Positions 9,796-18,101 of a DNA stretch of 64,000 bases are shown piece after piece (the stretch's first letter is position 1; each line of letters starts with the position of its first letter). The DNA comes from an uncultured Candidatus Saccharibacteria bacterium (GTDB taxonomy: Bacteria; Patescibacteriota; Doudnabacteria; UBA920): the NCBI GenBank assembly GCA_964416765.1, contig CAYQEU010000001.1, positions 549,357-613,356 of the forward strand. Direction: 5' to 3'. Made by a program: the position numbers and the translations under genes. Under the pieces are notes generated by a model. The model searched no databases, was not told where the DNA came from, and saw only the letters and a list, made by a program, of their open reading frames with translations.

Positions 9796-10344
9796 ATGTT
9801 TCTAGCAATAATTATTGTAGTTGTTATTTTGGCCATTTTGGCCTTTCTGTACAATTCGCTGGTTTCGGCACGTAACCGCGTGGAAGAAGCCTGGAGCGAT
9901 ATTGAAGTGCAATTAAAGCGCCGGTATGATCTCATTCCAAATCTTGTTAATACGGTAAAGGGTTATGCAGCTCAGGAATCAGGAGTATTGGAAAAAGTTA
10001 CCGAAGCTCGCACTCGGGCTATGGGAGCGCAGACAGCTGAAGAAAAGTTGAAAGACGAAAATGAATTGTCCGGCACATTAAAAAGTTTGTTCGCCGTAGC
10101 CGAAAATTACCCGGACCTTAAGTCGAACCAGAACTTCATGCAGCTCCAGTCGGACTTAACTGACACTGAGGACAAAATTCAGGCCGCTCGCCGTTTTTAC
10201 AACGGCAATGTCCGGGATTACAATACCAAACTACAGATCTTCCCCACCAACATTTTCGCCCGCGTGTTCGGGTTTACCACCAAACAATTCTTCGACATCC
10301 CTGATGGCGGCAACGAAAGCCAGCCTGTCGAAGTTAAATTCTAA
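9796..10344 (+). CDS. lemA: LemA family protein
   Basis: N-terminal TM, AWSDIEVQLKRRYDLIPNLV and AVAENYPDLKSNQNF motifs. Confidence 0.96.
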   Translation: MFLAIIIVVVILAILAFLYNSLVSARNRVEEAWSDIEVQLKRRYDLIPNLVNTVKGYAAQESGVLEKVTEARTRAMGAQTAEEKLKDENELSGTLKSLFAVAENYPDLKSNQNFMQLQSDLTDTEDKIQAARRFYNGNVRDYNTKLQIFPTNIFARVFGFTTKQFFDIPDGGNESQPVEVKF

Positions 10345-10346
10345 AA

Positions 10347-11246
10347 ATGCTCACTTACACTGAAATATCAAAAAACAAAAGCGAATCAGCGCTGCTGGTT
10401 TTTCTATTCCTCGTCTTTATCATCGGTTTAGGCTGGATATTTTCCCGCGCCTACAATTCCCCTGGTTTGCTTTTTGTCGCGGTAATTTTTAGCACGGTAT
10501 CGGCTCTTGTTTCCTATTACTTTTCTGATTCTATTACTTTGGCAATTTCGCAGGCTAAACCGGTCGATCAAAAAAGCAACCAGGAACTTTACCGGTTGGT
10601 GGAAAACCTCACTATTGCCGCCGGTCTCCCCATGCCAAAAATATACGTAATCGAGGACACCGCCATGAACGCCTTCGCTACAGGACGTGAGCCAAAACAC
10701 GCGGTTATCTGTTATACCAGCGGTATCTTGCAGAGACTGAATAAAGCCGAACTTGAAGGGGTTACCGCGCATGAACTATCGCATGTTGGAAATTACGATA
10801 TCCGTTTCATGACATTAGTCGTGGTTTTAGTGGGAATAGTGACTTTATTGGGCGATTGGTTTTTGCGGATCTCATTCTTTGGGGGACGACGTCGCAGCGA
10901 TAATAATGATGGCGGACAGATTTTCATGCTGATTGGCTTGGTTCTCGCTATCCTTTCACCTATAGTGGCTACTCTCATAAAATTGGCAGTTAGCCGCAAG
11001 CGTGAATTCCTGGCGGACGCTTCCGGCGCATTGCTGACCCGCTACCCTGAAGGGCTGGCTTCCGCTCTGCAAAAAATCAGCGCGGATACGGAACCTCTTG
11101 AAGCCGCCAATAAAGCGACGGCCCATCTATATATAGCAAACCCGCTAAAGGGAAATTCCGGGGGCGTATCGTGGTTCGCGAATTTGTTTAACACTCACCC
11201 TCCTATCGAAGAACGGATCAAACGGCTTCGCGAAATGGGAATGTAA
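10347..11246 (+). CDS. htpX: M48 zinc metalloprotease HtpX
   Basis: NAFATG, HELSH, SRKREFLAD and THPP motifs; canonical lemA-htpX pairing. Confidence 0.95.
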   Translation: MLTYTEISKNKSESALLVFLFLVFIIGLGWIFSRAYNSPGLLFVAVIFSTVSALVSYYFSDSITLAISQAKPVDQKSNQELYRLVENLTIAAGLPMPKIYVIEDTAMNAFATGREPKHAVICYTSGILQRLNKAELEGVTAHELSHVGNYDIRFMTLVVVLVGIVTLLGDWFLRISFFGGRRRSDNNDGGQIFMLIGLVLAILSPIVATLIKLAVSRKREFLADASGALLTRYPEGLASALQKISADTEPLEAANKATAHLYIANPLKGNSGGVSWFANLFNTHPPIEERIKRLREMGM

Positions 11247-11741
11247 CTATTTCGCCAGCTTCGTTACCACGCCAAAACGAAAACCTCGCGACAGCAAGCG
11301 TTGCATGAACTTTTGCTTCTCTTCATACGGCAGTGCCCGTAGCTCGGGGAGGCTAATCTTTTTTTCCGCGTAGCGCTTGGCAATTTTGTATTCGTCATCT
11401 TCACTAAGTTCATTTTCCAGGATCGTTTGGATCAGGCGGTCAGGCAACTTCTTTTCTTTCATCTTCTTCTTGATCATAAACAAACCGTAAGTCTGGTACT
11501 CTTTGAAGTTCCGAAGATAAACCTCGGCATATTCCTCGTCATTCAAGTATTTCTGCTCCAGCAATTTGCTTATAACTTCTTTGACAACTGTTTCGGTGTA
11601 GCCGCGTCTTTTCATCTTTTCTTCCACTTCTCCCACAGTCCGCATGCTGAGTCCTAACAAAAAGATGGCGTAGTTGTAACCATGTTCAACGCTTTCTGGC
11701 TCCTTCAGGGTTTTTTTAGGTCTTCTGGAACTTTTGATCAT
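11247..11741 (-). CDS. recX: Regulatory protein RecX
   Basis: RTVGEVEEKM..RGY, YLNDEEYA, and C-terminal LLSRGF motifs. Confidence 0.88.
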   Translation of the reverse strand: MIKSSRRPKKTLKEPESVEHGYNYAIFLLGLSMRTVGEVEEKMKRRGYTETVVKEVISKLLEQKYLNDEEYAEVYLRNFKEYQTYGLFMIKKKMKEKKLPDRLIQTILENELSEDDEYKIAKRYAEKKISLPELRALPYEEKQKFMQRLLSRGFRFGVVTKLAK

Positions 11742-11830
11742 AGCCGTTCGTTTATATTAGTAGAGGTAGTATATCAAACTCTAGCCCAAGGCTTGACAAA
11801 CATGCTACAATAAGGTATAAGAAACAAACG

Positions 11831-14383
11831 ATGAACAATTTTACATTTATTTTGGAGCGTTTATCCAGCAGGGCAAAAAACGCTCTTATCGCCGCCCAAT
11901 TAATATCCGAAGAGTTACAGCACGACCATATTGGTACGGAGCATCTTTTGTATGGAATAATCGCTGAAAAGAGCTCTTTTGCAGCTGAAATCTTGATTAA
12001 GGCAAAGGTTACTCCGGATATCGTAAAAACCGAACTAGAAAGCGTCAACAGCAACAACCATGCTGCCGTTTGGAAGCCTATTCTGTCCGAAAACCTTAAG
12101 TTAACTATTGAGAAATCGGCAATTGTGGCCAGCCAATACGGCTACCAATTTATCGGCACCGAGCACTTCCTGTACGGCCTCATTACCACTCCAACCAATA
12201 AAGGCAAAGTAATCTTGTCCCAATTAGGTATTGATATTGCCGAACTGGAACAAAACCTTATAGCGGTATTTGAAAACATTTCCAAATTCCCCGAAATTCC
12301 CAATGACCAGCACAGCCATGGTCCGCAAGGACAAGATCGTTTCGGTGCCGGCCCGCAAAATGTCGACATGAAGAAAGGCAATATGCTGGAATATTTCACC
12401 ACCGACCTAACCAAGAAAGCCGCCGAAGGAAAAGTTGATCCAGTAATCGGGCGCAAGAAGGAAATCGAACGGCTTATTAGCATTCTCGGCCGCCGCACCA
12501 AGAACAACCCAGTCCTCATAGGTGAAGCTGGCGTCGGTAAAACCGCCATTGTCGAAGGTCTGGCTTTAGCTATCGCCCGCCGCGAAGTGCCAGACACTCT
12601 CCTGGACAAGAAAATTTTAAGCTTGGACCTGGCACTTATTGTGGCTGGCTCCATGTTCCGTGGTGAATTCGAAAACCGCCTAAAGCAAATTATCGACGAG
12701 GTAAAAGCCAACCCCGACATTATTCTCTTCATTGATGAGCTCCATACCATGGTTGGCGCTGGAGCCACTACCGGGAGTTTGGATGCGGCCAATATTTTGA
12801 AGCCGGCTTTGGCTCGCGGGGAAATGCGCGCGATTGGCGCTACTACCTTGGCGGAGTACAAAAAGCACATAGAACATGACGCAGCCCTGGAACGTCGTTT
12901 CCAACCTATCCTTGTAGAAGAACCTTCCCAGGAAGAATCCATCGAGATTTTGAAAGGCTTGCGGCCTAATTACGAACGCCACCACAACATAGCCATTACG
13001 GACGAAGCCATAAAAGCAGCGGTGGAACTTTCCAGCCGCTACATCCAGGACCATTTCCTCCCTGACAAAGCCGTAGACCTGGTGGATGAAACTGCAGCCT
13101 TCCTTCGCAGCACTCAGGCCGGTTCCAAAGCACTCCGAGCCAAGAAGAAGATTGAACATGACCTACAAGCTTTGGAAGAAGAAAAAACTAAAGCAGTATT
13201 GGCCCAGGACTTCAACACCGCACTTCACCTTCGCTCCCAGGAAGAAAAGTTAATGAAGCAAAAGGAAGAACTCGAAAAGGGCGAGGAAGCCAAAGAATTT
13301 GCCCCTACCCAGTCGATCACTGCACAGGATATTGCCAACACAGTATCGTTAATGACCAAGATTCCCCTGCAGAAACTCTCGCATAATGAAGTCGGCAAAC
13401 TCGTAAATCTCGAAAAAATCCTGAAATCCCACGTAGTTGGGCAGGATGAAGCGATTACGGAAATAGCCAAAACAGTGCGCCGCAGCCGCGCTGGCATCAC
13501 CGACCCTAACCGTCCGATCGGTTCATTCATCTTCCTTGGTCCAACCGGGGTAGGAAAAACAGAAACTGCCAAGGTAATTGCTCGGGAGGTGTTTGGAGAT
13601 TCCGAAGCTCTTATCCGCGTGGATATGTCTGAATTTATGGAACGCCATAATGTTGCCCGCTTAATTGGTGCCCCTGCCGGTTATGTTGGCTACGAAGAAG
13701 GTGGCCGTCTGACCGAAGCAGTACGCCGCCGTCCTTACGCTGTTATACTGTTTGATGAAATTGAAAAAGCCCACCCTGATGTGTTCAACATCCTCCTCCA
13801 AATTCTGGAAGATGGCCACTTAACTGACGCTTCGGGAAAAAAGGTTAACTTTGCCAATACTGTAATTATCATGACTTCAAACATCGGCATGAGGGAACTC
13901 ACTGTCCAGGCCGCCAAAATCGGTTTCGCCGATAAAGAAGAAAAAGATGAAGAGAAGTTAAACCTGCAAAAGCAATACGAACAGATCAAAGAAAACGTAA
14001 CCGAAAGCCTCAAGCATGAACTCCGACCGGAGCTGCTGAACCGTATCGATAAAATCCTGGTGTTCCAGCCGCTTGGCTTTGACCAACTCAAAAAGATTTC
14101 TGCTATCCAAATTTCCGAGCTGGCTGCCCGCATGGCAAAGCAAAACATCGAACTCAAAGCCGGTCCGACAGTGGCGAAATTTATTGCCGAACGAAGCTTT
14201 GACAAAGCCCAGGGTGCGCGTTTCATCCGCAAGAACATCCAGGACCTAATCAGTGATCCTTTGGCGGAGATGGTTATCAGCCAAGACCTAAAGCAAGGCG
14301 CCACGGTAAAAGTTGAAGTAAGAAAAAACAACTTGCATCTGGACATTCAGTTGAAAAAGTCTAAGGTTGCGGTTCCTGCCTAA
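11831..14383 (+). CDS. clpC: ATP-dependent Clp protease ATP-binding subunit, ClpC-like
   Basis: Clp N-domain (IGTEHLL), two AAA+ modules (GEAGVGKT, GPTGVGKT), UVR-like middle coil and an IGF ClpP-docking loop. Confidence 0.93.
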   Translation: MNNFTFILERLSSRAKNALIAAQLISEELQHDHIGTEHLLYGIIAEKSSFAAEILIKAKVTPDIVKTELESVNSNNHAAVWKPILSENLKLTIEKSAIVASQYGYQFIGTEHFLYGLITTPTNKGKVILSQLGIDIAELEQNLIAVFENISKFPEIPNDQHSHGPQGQDRFGAGPQNVDMKKGNMLEYFTTDLTKKAAEGKVDPVIGRKKEIERLISILGRRTKNNPVLIGEAGVGKTAIVEGLALAIARREVPDTLLDKKILSLDLALIVAGSMFRGEFENRLKQIIDEVKANPDIILFIDELHTMVGAGATTGSLDAANILKPALARGEMRAIGATTLAEYKKHIEHDAALERRFQPILVEEPSQEESIEILKGLRPNYERHHNIAITDEAIKAAVELSSRYIQDHFLPDKAVDLVDETAAFLRSTQAGSKALRAKKKIEHDLQALEEEKTKAVLAQDFNTALHLRSQEEKLMKQKEELEKGEEAKEFAPTQSITAQDIANTVSLMTKIPLQKLSHNEVGKLVNLEKILKSHVVGQDEAITEIAKTVRRSRAGITDPNRPIGSFIFLGPTGVGKTETAKVIAREVFGDSEALIRVDMSEFMERHNVARLIGAPAGYVGYEEGGRLTEAVRRRPYAVILFDEIEKAHPDVFNILLQILEDGHLTDASGKKVNFANTVIIMTSNIGMRELTVQAAKIGFADKEEKDEEKLNLQKQYEQIKENVTESLKHELRPELLNRIDKILVFQPLGFDQLKKISAIQISELAARMAKQNIELKAGPTVAKFIAERSFDKAQGARFIRKNIQDLISDPLAEMVISQDLKQGATVKVEVRKNNLHLDIQLKKSKVAVPA

Positions 14384-15042
14384 TGAAGTCGGCCACGTCG
14401 GCCCCTTACTCAATTCTAAACCTGGTTTACAAAACTCTCTTCCCTCTGAAATGCGCAAGCTGTAACAAGGAAGGGAGTTTTTTGTGTATCACCTGTGAAA
14501 ATCAACTTTCCTATTTGGTAGCAAGTCCAACCGTGATTCCCCCTCACATTGACCGAATAATTTCTTGTTTCCGTTATGAATTTCCTATCAGCCAAATGAT
14601 CATCATGGGCAAATACAATTTTATTCCGGGAATATTTGATTATCTTGGTCAGCTTGCCGCGGAATACCTCGAAAACACTGGGATTAACCTCGGGGACTCC
14701 GTATTTTGCCCTGTCCCCCTTTCCCCCCAACGACTGCGTTGGAGAGGATTTAACCAGAGCGGACGTTTATGCCACGCACTTTCCAAACATACCGGCATAC
14801 CAACCCACAACTTACTGAAACGTGTTAAAAACACCAAGACCCAGAAAAACCTTAACGCGGAGGCGCGGGAAAAGAACATGGCTGGGTCATTTGGGCTTAA
14901 TACACCTGCCAACACCCTTTCAGCTAAGATTATTCTGGTAGATGACGTGGTTACAACCGGCTCAACACTCCTGGCAGCCGCGGCCACCCTAAAAAGCGCT
15001 AATTACCGCCAAATCCAAGCCCTAACCATTGCCAAAGACTAG
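14383..15042 (+). CDS. comF: ComF family protein (Zn finger plus PRTase)
   Basis: CASC...CITC, RGFNQS and LVDDVVTTGST motifs; TAATG overlap with clpC. Confidence 0.92.
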   Translation: MKSATSAPYSILNLVYKTLFPLKCASCNKEGSFLCITCENQLSYLVASPTVIPPHIDRIISCFRYEFPISQMIIMGKYNFIPGIFDYLGQLAAEYLENTGINLGDSVFCPVPLSPQRLRWRGFNQSGRLCHALSKHTGIPTHNLLKRVKNTKTQKNLNAEAREKNMAGSFGLNTPANTLSAKIILVDDVVTTGSTLLAAAATLKSANYRQIQALTIAKD

Positions 15043-15102
15043 GCTGAAACCCTGGAAATAATTGAGCATACATGCTAAAATACAGCAGTATTTATTATCA
15101 TT

Positions 15103-15196
<94 letters not shown>

Positions 15197-15361
15197 GAGA
15201 ATACGAAGTATTCTTGTCGTAGGAGATCCCTAACAAGGACGCAGTCGAAGCGACCAGGGGCCTCTCCGCCAGAAATTGCCCCACAAAATAGAACCGCAAT
15301 AATCAAGGTAATATGGTAGAATAAAGCCACCGAGAGGTGGTATTTTGTCGCCTTGTAACAT

Positions 15362-15970
15362 ATGGAAAACAATCTCGTCTATAGTGATAGCAGCCTAAAA
15401 TCAGCGTTTCAGCCAGCTTCAAACCGGCTTGAGTCGCTGCTTGAAGACGCCAAAAACGGCAGTGATGCCGCCTTTTCCAAATTGTACGACCTGTACTTCG
15501 ATAAGATTTTCCGGTTTGCGTTTTACCGCGTGAGCCACAAGGAAGTAGCCGAGGACATAACCGAAGAGGTTTTCATCCGCGCTTTCACTTCCCTGTCATC
15601 CCTGGGCAAAGCCTCTTCTTTTGAATCATGGCTTTACCAGATCGCCCGTAACCGCATTATCGACTATTACCGGGCTAAAAAATTGCTTTTGCCGATTGAC
15701 GACCTGGAGAATACCTTAGAATACGAAACCAATGTCATCGACAGCGTTAACCTGAAGTTCGATCAGAAAGTGTTCCTTAAGGTGCTGCGCGAACTGCCCA
15801 ATGACCAGCAAACCATTATCCGCCTGAAGTTCTATGAAGATCTTTCCAACTCTGAGATTGCCGACATTACTGGCAAAACCGAAGGGTCAATAAGAGTCAT
15901 TCAACACCGGGCCTTAGCTAAACTTAAAGAATTAATCGACGAATTTAAAAATTCGCAAGATGCACAATAA
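15362..15970 (+). CDS. ECF-type RNA polymerase sigma-70 factor
   Basis: Region 2 (AEDITEEVF, FESWLYQIARNRIIDYYR) and region 4 HTH (LSNSEIADITGKTEGSIRVIQHRAL). Confidence 0.93.
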   Translation: MENNLVYSDSSLKSAFQPASNRLESLLEDAKNGSDAAFSKLYDLYFDKIFRFAFYRVSHKEVAEDITEEVFIRAFTSLSSLGKASSFESWLYQIARNRIIDYYRAKKLLLPIDDLENTLEYETNVIDSVNLKFDQKVFLKVLRELPNDQQTIIRLKFYEDLSNSEIADITGKTEGSIRVIQHRALAKLKELIDEFKNSQDAQ

Positions 15971-17141
15971 TTTTGATGAAATTTTAGACCGTGCTGTAAC
16001 CGAGCTTGCCGAAGGGAAATCCCTGCAGGCGGTTTTGGCTAATTATCCCGAACATGCCAAAGAGCTTTCAGAGATTTTGCCTATGGTGGCCCCAGCAATG
16101 TCTTTGCCAAAAAATGAAGTTCCCCGCCCGAACCGCCGCCGCCGTTATGTTGCCGCTTTGCACGTTCCTCTGCAGGTTCGATTACAAAGAATTATTCGTA
16201 TTGCTCTAATTCCCGCAACCGCTATTTTTCTCCTTGTAGGCTTGGGTCATTTCGCGCAAGCTGCCCAGCAGGCCTTGCCTGGTTCCCCCTTATTCGGAAT
16301 TAAACTACTGGCGGAACGAACTCGTGTTGCGGTAACTCTCGACCAAACCCAAAAAGCCAAATTGGAACTCGGTTATTCCCAAAAACGACTTTCAGAGGCG
16401 CAGACCGTATTGCAACAGGTAAACAGTTCCTCAGACCAAAAGCTTGCCGCTTTAAATGAGCTGAAAGACCAAACCCAGAAAACCCTTTCAGTAGTGCCCC
16501 AAATAGCGACCAGCAACGCCATCAACAATAAGGATGATTCCTTGTTAAAAAACCTGATTGCAGTAAACAACCAGCAAAAAAACTTGTTACAGAATATTTC
16601 CGGCAAGGATGAAGCTAAGGCTATTGCCACCACTACTCTTCAAGTAACAGAAGACAGCCAAAAAGCGATAGCTACATTACTGGCCGCCGTAAATGACCAA
16701 ACCCTGGTTGATTTGCTGGATCGCCAAATTTCAATAACCGGTACTGTTTCCGCCGTAGACTATAAGAACCAAAAAATTACGGTTGAAAACAACTCTTTTT
16801 CCATCAACTCTTCCACGGACATTAAATCCGGTGACGCTACTTTAAAGTTGGCTGATATCCCGGCTAAAACTCAGGTTACGATTGTGGGCAATAAGACCAA
16901 AGATGGGATTGTCGCCAACAGCATCAATGTTATTGTTTTGGCTGCCGCGCCGGCTAAGGGTGAAGTTAAGGGAGTTTCGACAGCCGCGAAAAACACGGAA
17001 AAAACCGAATCGACCAAGCCCCCCGCCCCAAAAAACGACAATACCGACTCGAACCAGGTTCCCAGCAATACTAACGCTACACAGCCTGACCCAAACAAAG
17101 TAACGGGCGGTTTCATTATCGAGCAGCCTGACCAACCATAA
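15960..17141 (+). CDS. Putative anti-sigma membrane protein (DUF5667-like helical domain, then DUF5666-like beta domain)
   Basis: Overlaps the ECF gene. Short cytoplasmic N-terminus, one TM, ALPGSPLFGIKLLAE motif, and ITGTV...ITV...F...T.I repeat. Confidence 0.7.
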   Translation: MHNNFDEILDRAVTELAEGKSLQAVLANYPEHAKELSEILPMVAPAMSLPKNEVPRPNRRRRYVAALHVPLQVRLQRIIRIALIPATAIFLLVGLGHFAQAAQQALPGSPLFGIKLLAERTRVAVTLDQTQKAKLELGYSQKRLSEAQTVLQQVNSSSDQKLAALNELKDQTQKTLSVVPQIATSNAINNKDDSLLKNLIAVNNQQKNLLQNISGKDEAKAIATTTLQVTEDSQKAIATLLAAVNDQTLVDLLDRQISITGTVSAVDYKNQKITVENNSFSINSSTDIKSGDATLKLADIPAKTQVTIVGNKTKDGIVANSINVIVLAAAPAKGEVKGVSTAAKNTEKTESTKPPAPKNDNTDSNQVPSNTNATQPDPNKVTGGFIIEQPDQP

Positions 17142-17231
17142 TTCCACCGCCCATCATTCCGGGCTGGCTGCCCAAACCATTGGTTAGCCACTCCGGAGCG
17201 ATAGTAATACGGAAAGAAAAAGAAAAACAAC

Positions 17232-17263
17232 AACGGCCGAATTCTAGAGATAAGGCCGTTTTT
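17232..17263 (+). terminator. Intrinsic terminator after the ECF operon
   Basis: AACGGCC...GGCCGTT stem followed by a T run. Confidence 0.55.
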
Positions 17264-17303
17264 GTATACCCGGGAATATTGGTATAATTAGCATACCCGA
17301 CCT

Positions 17304-17391
<88 letters not shown>

Positions 17392-17457
17392 GAGAATACA
17401 AGCGCAAAGCGCTCAAAAATGCTATAATATATACAAATACAAACTATCATTCTAACT

Positions 17458-17520
17458 ATGGCCAAAGGCAATAACTCCCAGAAAAAAGAAAAGAAGAAAC
17501 CAAAAAAAGCCAAAAAATAG
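17458..17520 (+). CDS. 20-aa Lys-rich microprotein MAKGNNSQKKEKKKPKKAKK
   Basis: Clean ATG..TAG frame downstream of TGCTATAAT (17420-17428); ends 2 nt before the next gene. Confidence 0.6.
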   Translation: MAKGNNSQKKEKKKPKKAKK

Positions 17521-17522
17521 AC

Positions 17523-17990
17523 ATGGCGGAACGAACCTACTTATCGTGGGAAGCGCCGGAATTCCAGCACTACCCCAAAAACTTTACGTGGTACATCACT
17601 TTAGGGATAATTGTCCTTTTAGTTTTAACTTTTGAGCTACTCCAAAAAGATTTCTTTGGAGCCATCAGCCTGGCGGTCATTGCCGTCTTCATTGTTATCT
17701 TCGCCATGCACCAGCCGAAACGGATCAATATTGATTTGACTAGTGACGGCATCCATATCGAAAATAGTTTTATCCCCTACGAACAGATGAAATATTTCTG
17801 GATCGTGGACAATGATAACCACCGGACCCTTAACCTTGAGACCACCGCGTATATCAACCGGACCATCTTAATAGAATTAGACAGTCAGGATCCCGACGAA
17901 GTACGGGATATCATGGTCCAACAGGTACCCGAACACTCCAGCACCGAAGAAACTTTTATCCAACGGCTGATCCACCGCCTCAAGTTTTAA
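17523..17990 (+). CDS. Conserved CPR-type membrane protein (2 TM plus PH-like domain)
   Basis: LSWEAPEF, two TM helices, then GIHI...IPYEQMKYFWI. Confidence 0.75.
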   Translation: MAERTYLSWEAPEFQHYPKNFTWYITLGIIVLLVLTFELLQKDFFGAISLAVIAVFIVIFAMHQPKRINIDLTSDGIHIENSFIPYEQMKYFWIVDNDNHRTLNLETTAYINRTILIELDSQDPDEVRDIMVQQVPEHSSTEETFIQRLIHRLKF

Positions 17991-17994
17991 TTTA

Positions 17995-18070
17995 GCTTCC
18001 GTAGCTCAGTGGATAGAGCGTCTCCCTCCGGAGGAGAAGGCCGCAGGTTCAATCCCTGCCGGGAGCACCA
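17995..18070 (+). tRNA. tRNA-Arg(CCG)
   Basis: GCTTCCG/CGGGAGC acceptor stem, TAGCTCAGTGGATAGAGC D arm, anticodon arm TCTCC-CTCCGGA-GGAGA, encoded CCA. Confidence 0.96.
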
Positions 18071-18101
18071 TCGAATTTCCGGAAACGGATTTTTTTTATT
18101 T

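Noticed and set aside
11742-11830. CIRCE or CtsR operator upstream of clpC
   Set aside because: No TTAGCACTC-N9-GAGTGCTAA or tandem GTCAAA repeats; only sigma70-like boxes are present.
12142-14346. Long antisense ORFs opposite clpC (and similar ones opposite gatB and virB4)
   Set aside because: Typical codon-bias shadows of conserved genes, with no independent motifs.
16871-17233. Minus-strand ORF beginning MLFFFFFPYYY, resembling a Phe/Tyr leader peptide
   Set aside because: It arises from the A-rich flank of a terminator, runs antisense into a real gene, and has no downstream operon to regulate.
18009-18101. N-terminal extension of recG in the ORF track
   Set aside because: It overlaps tRNA-Arg(CCG); ATG 18102 matches the usual RecG start.
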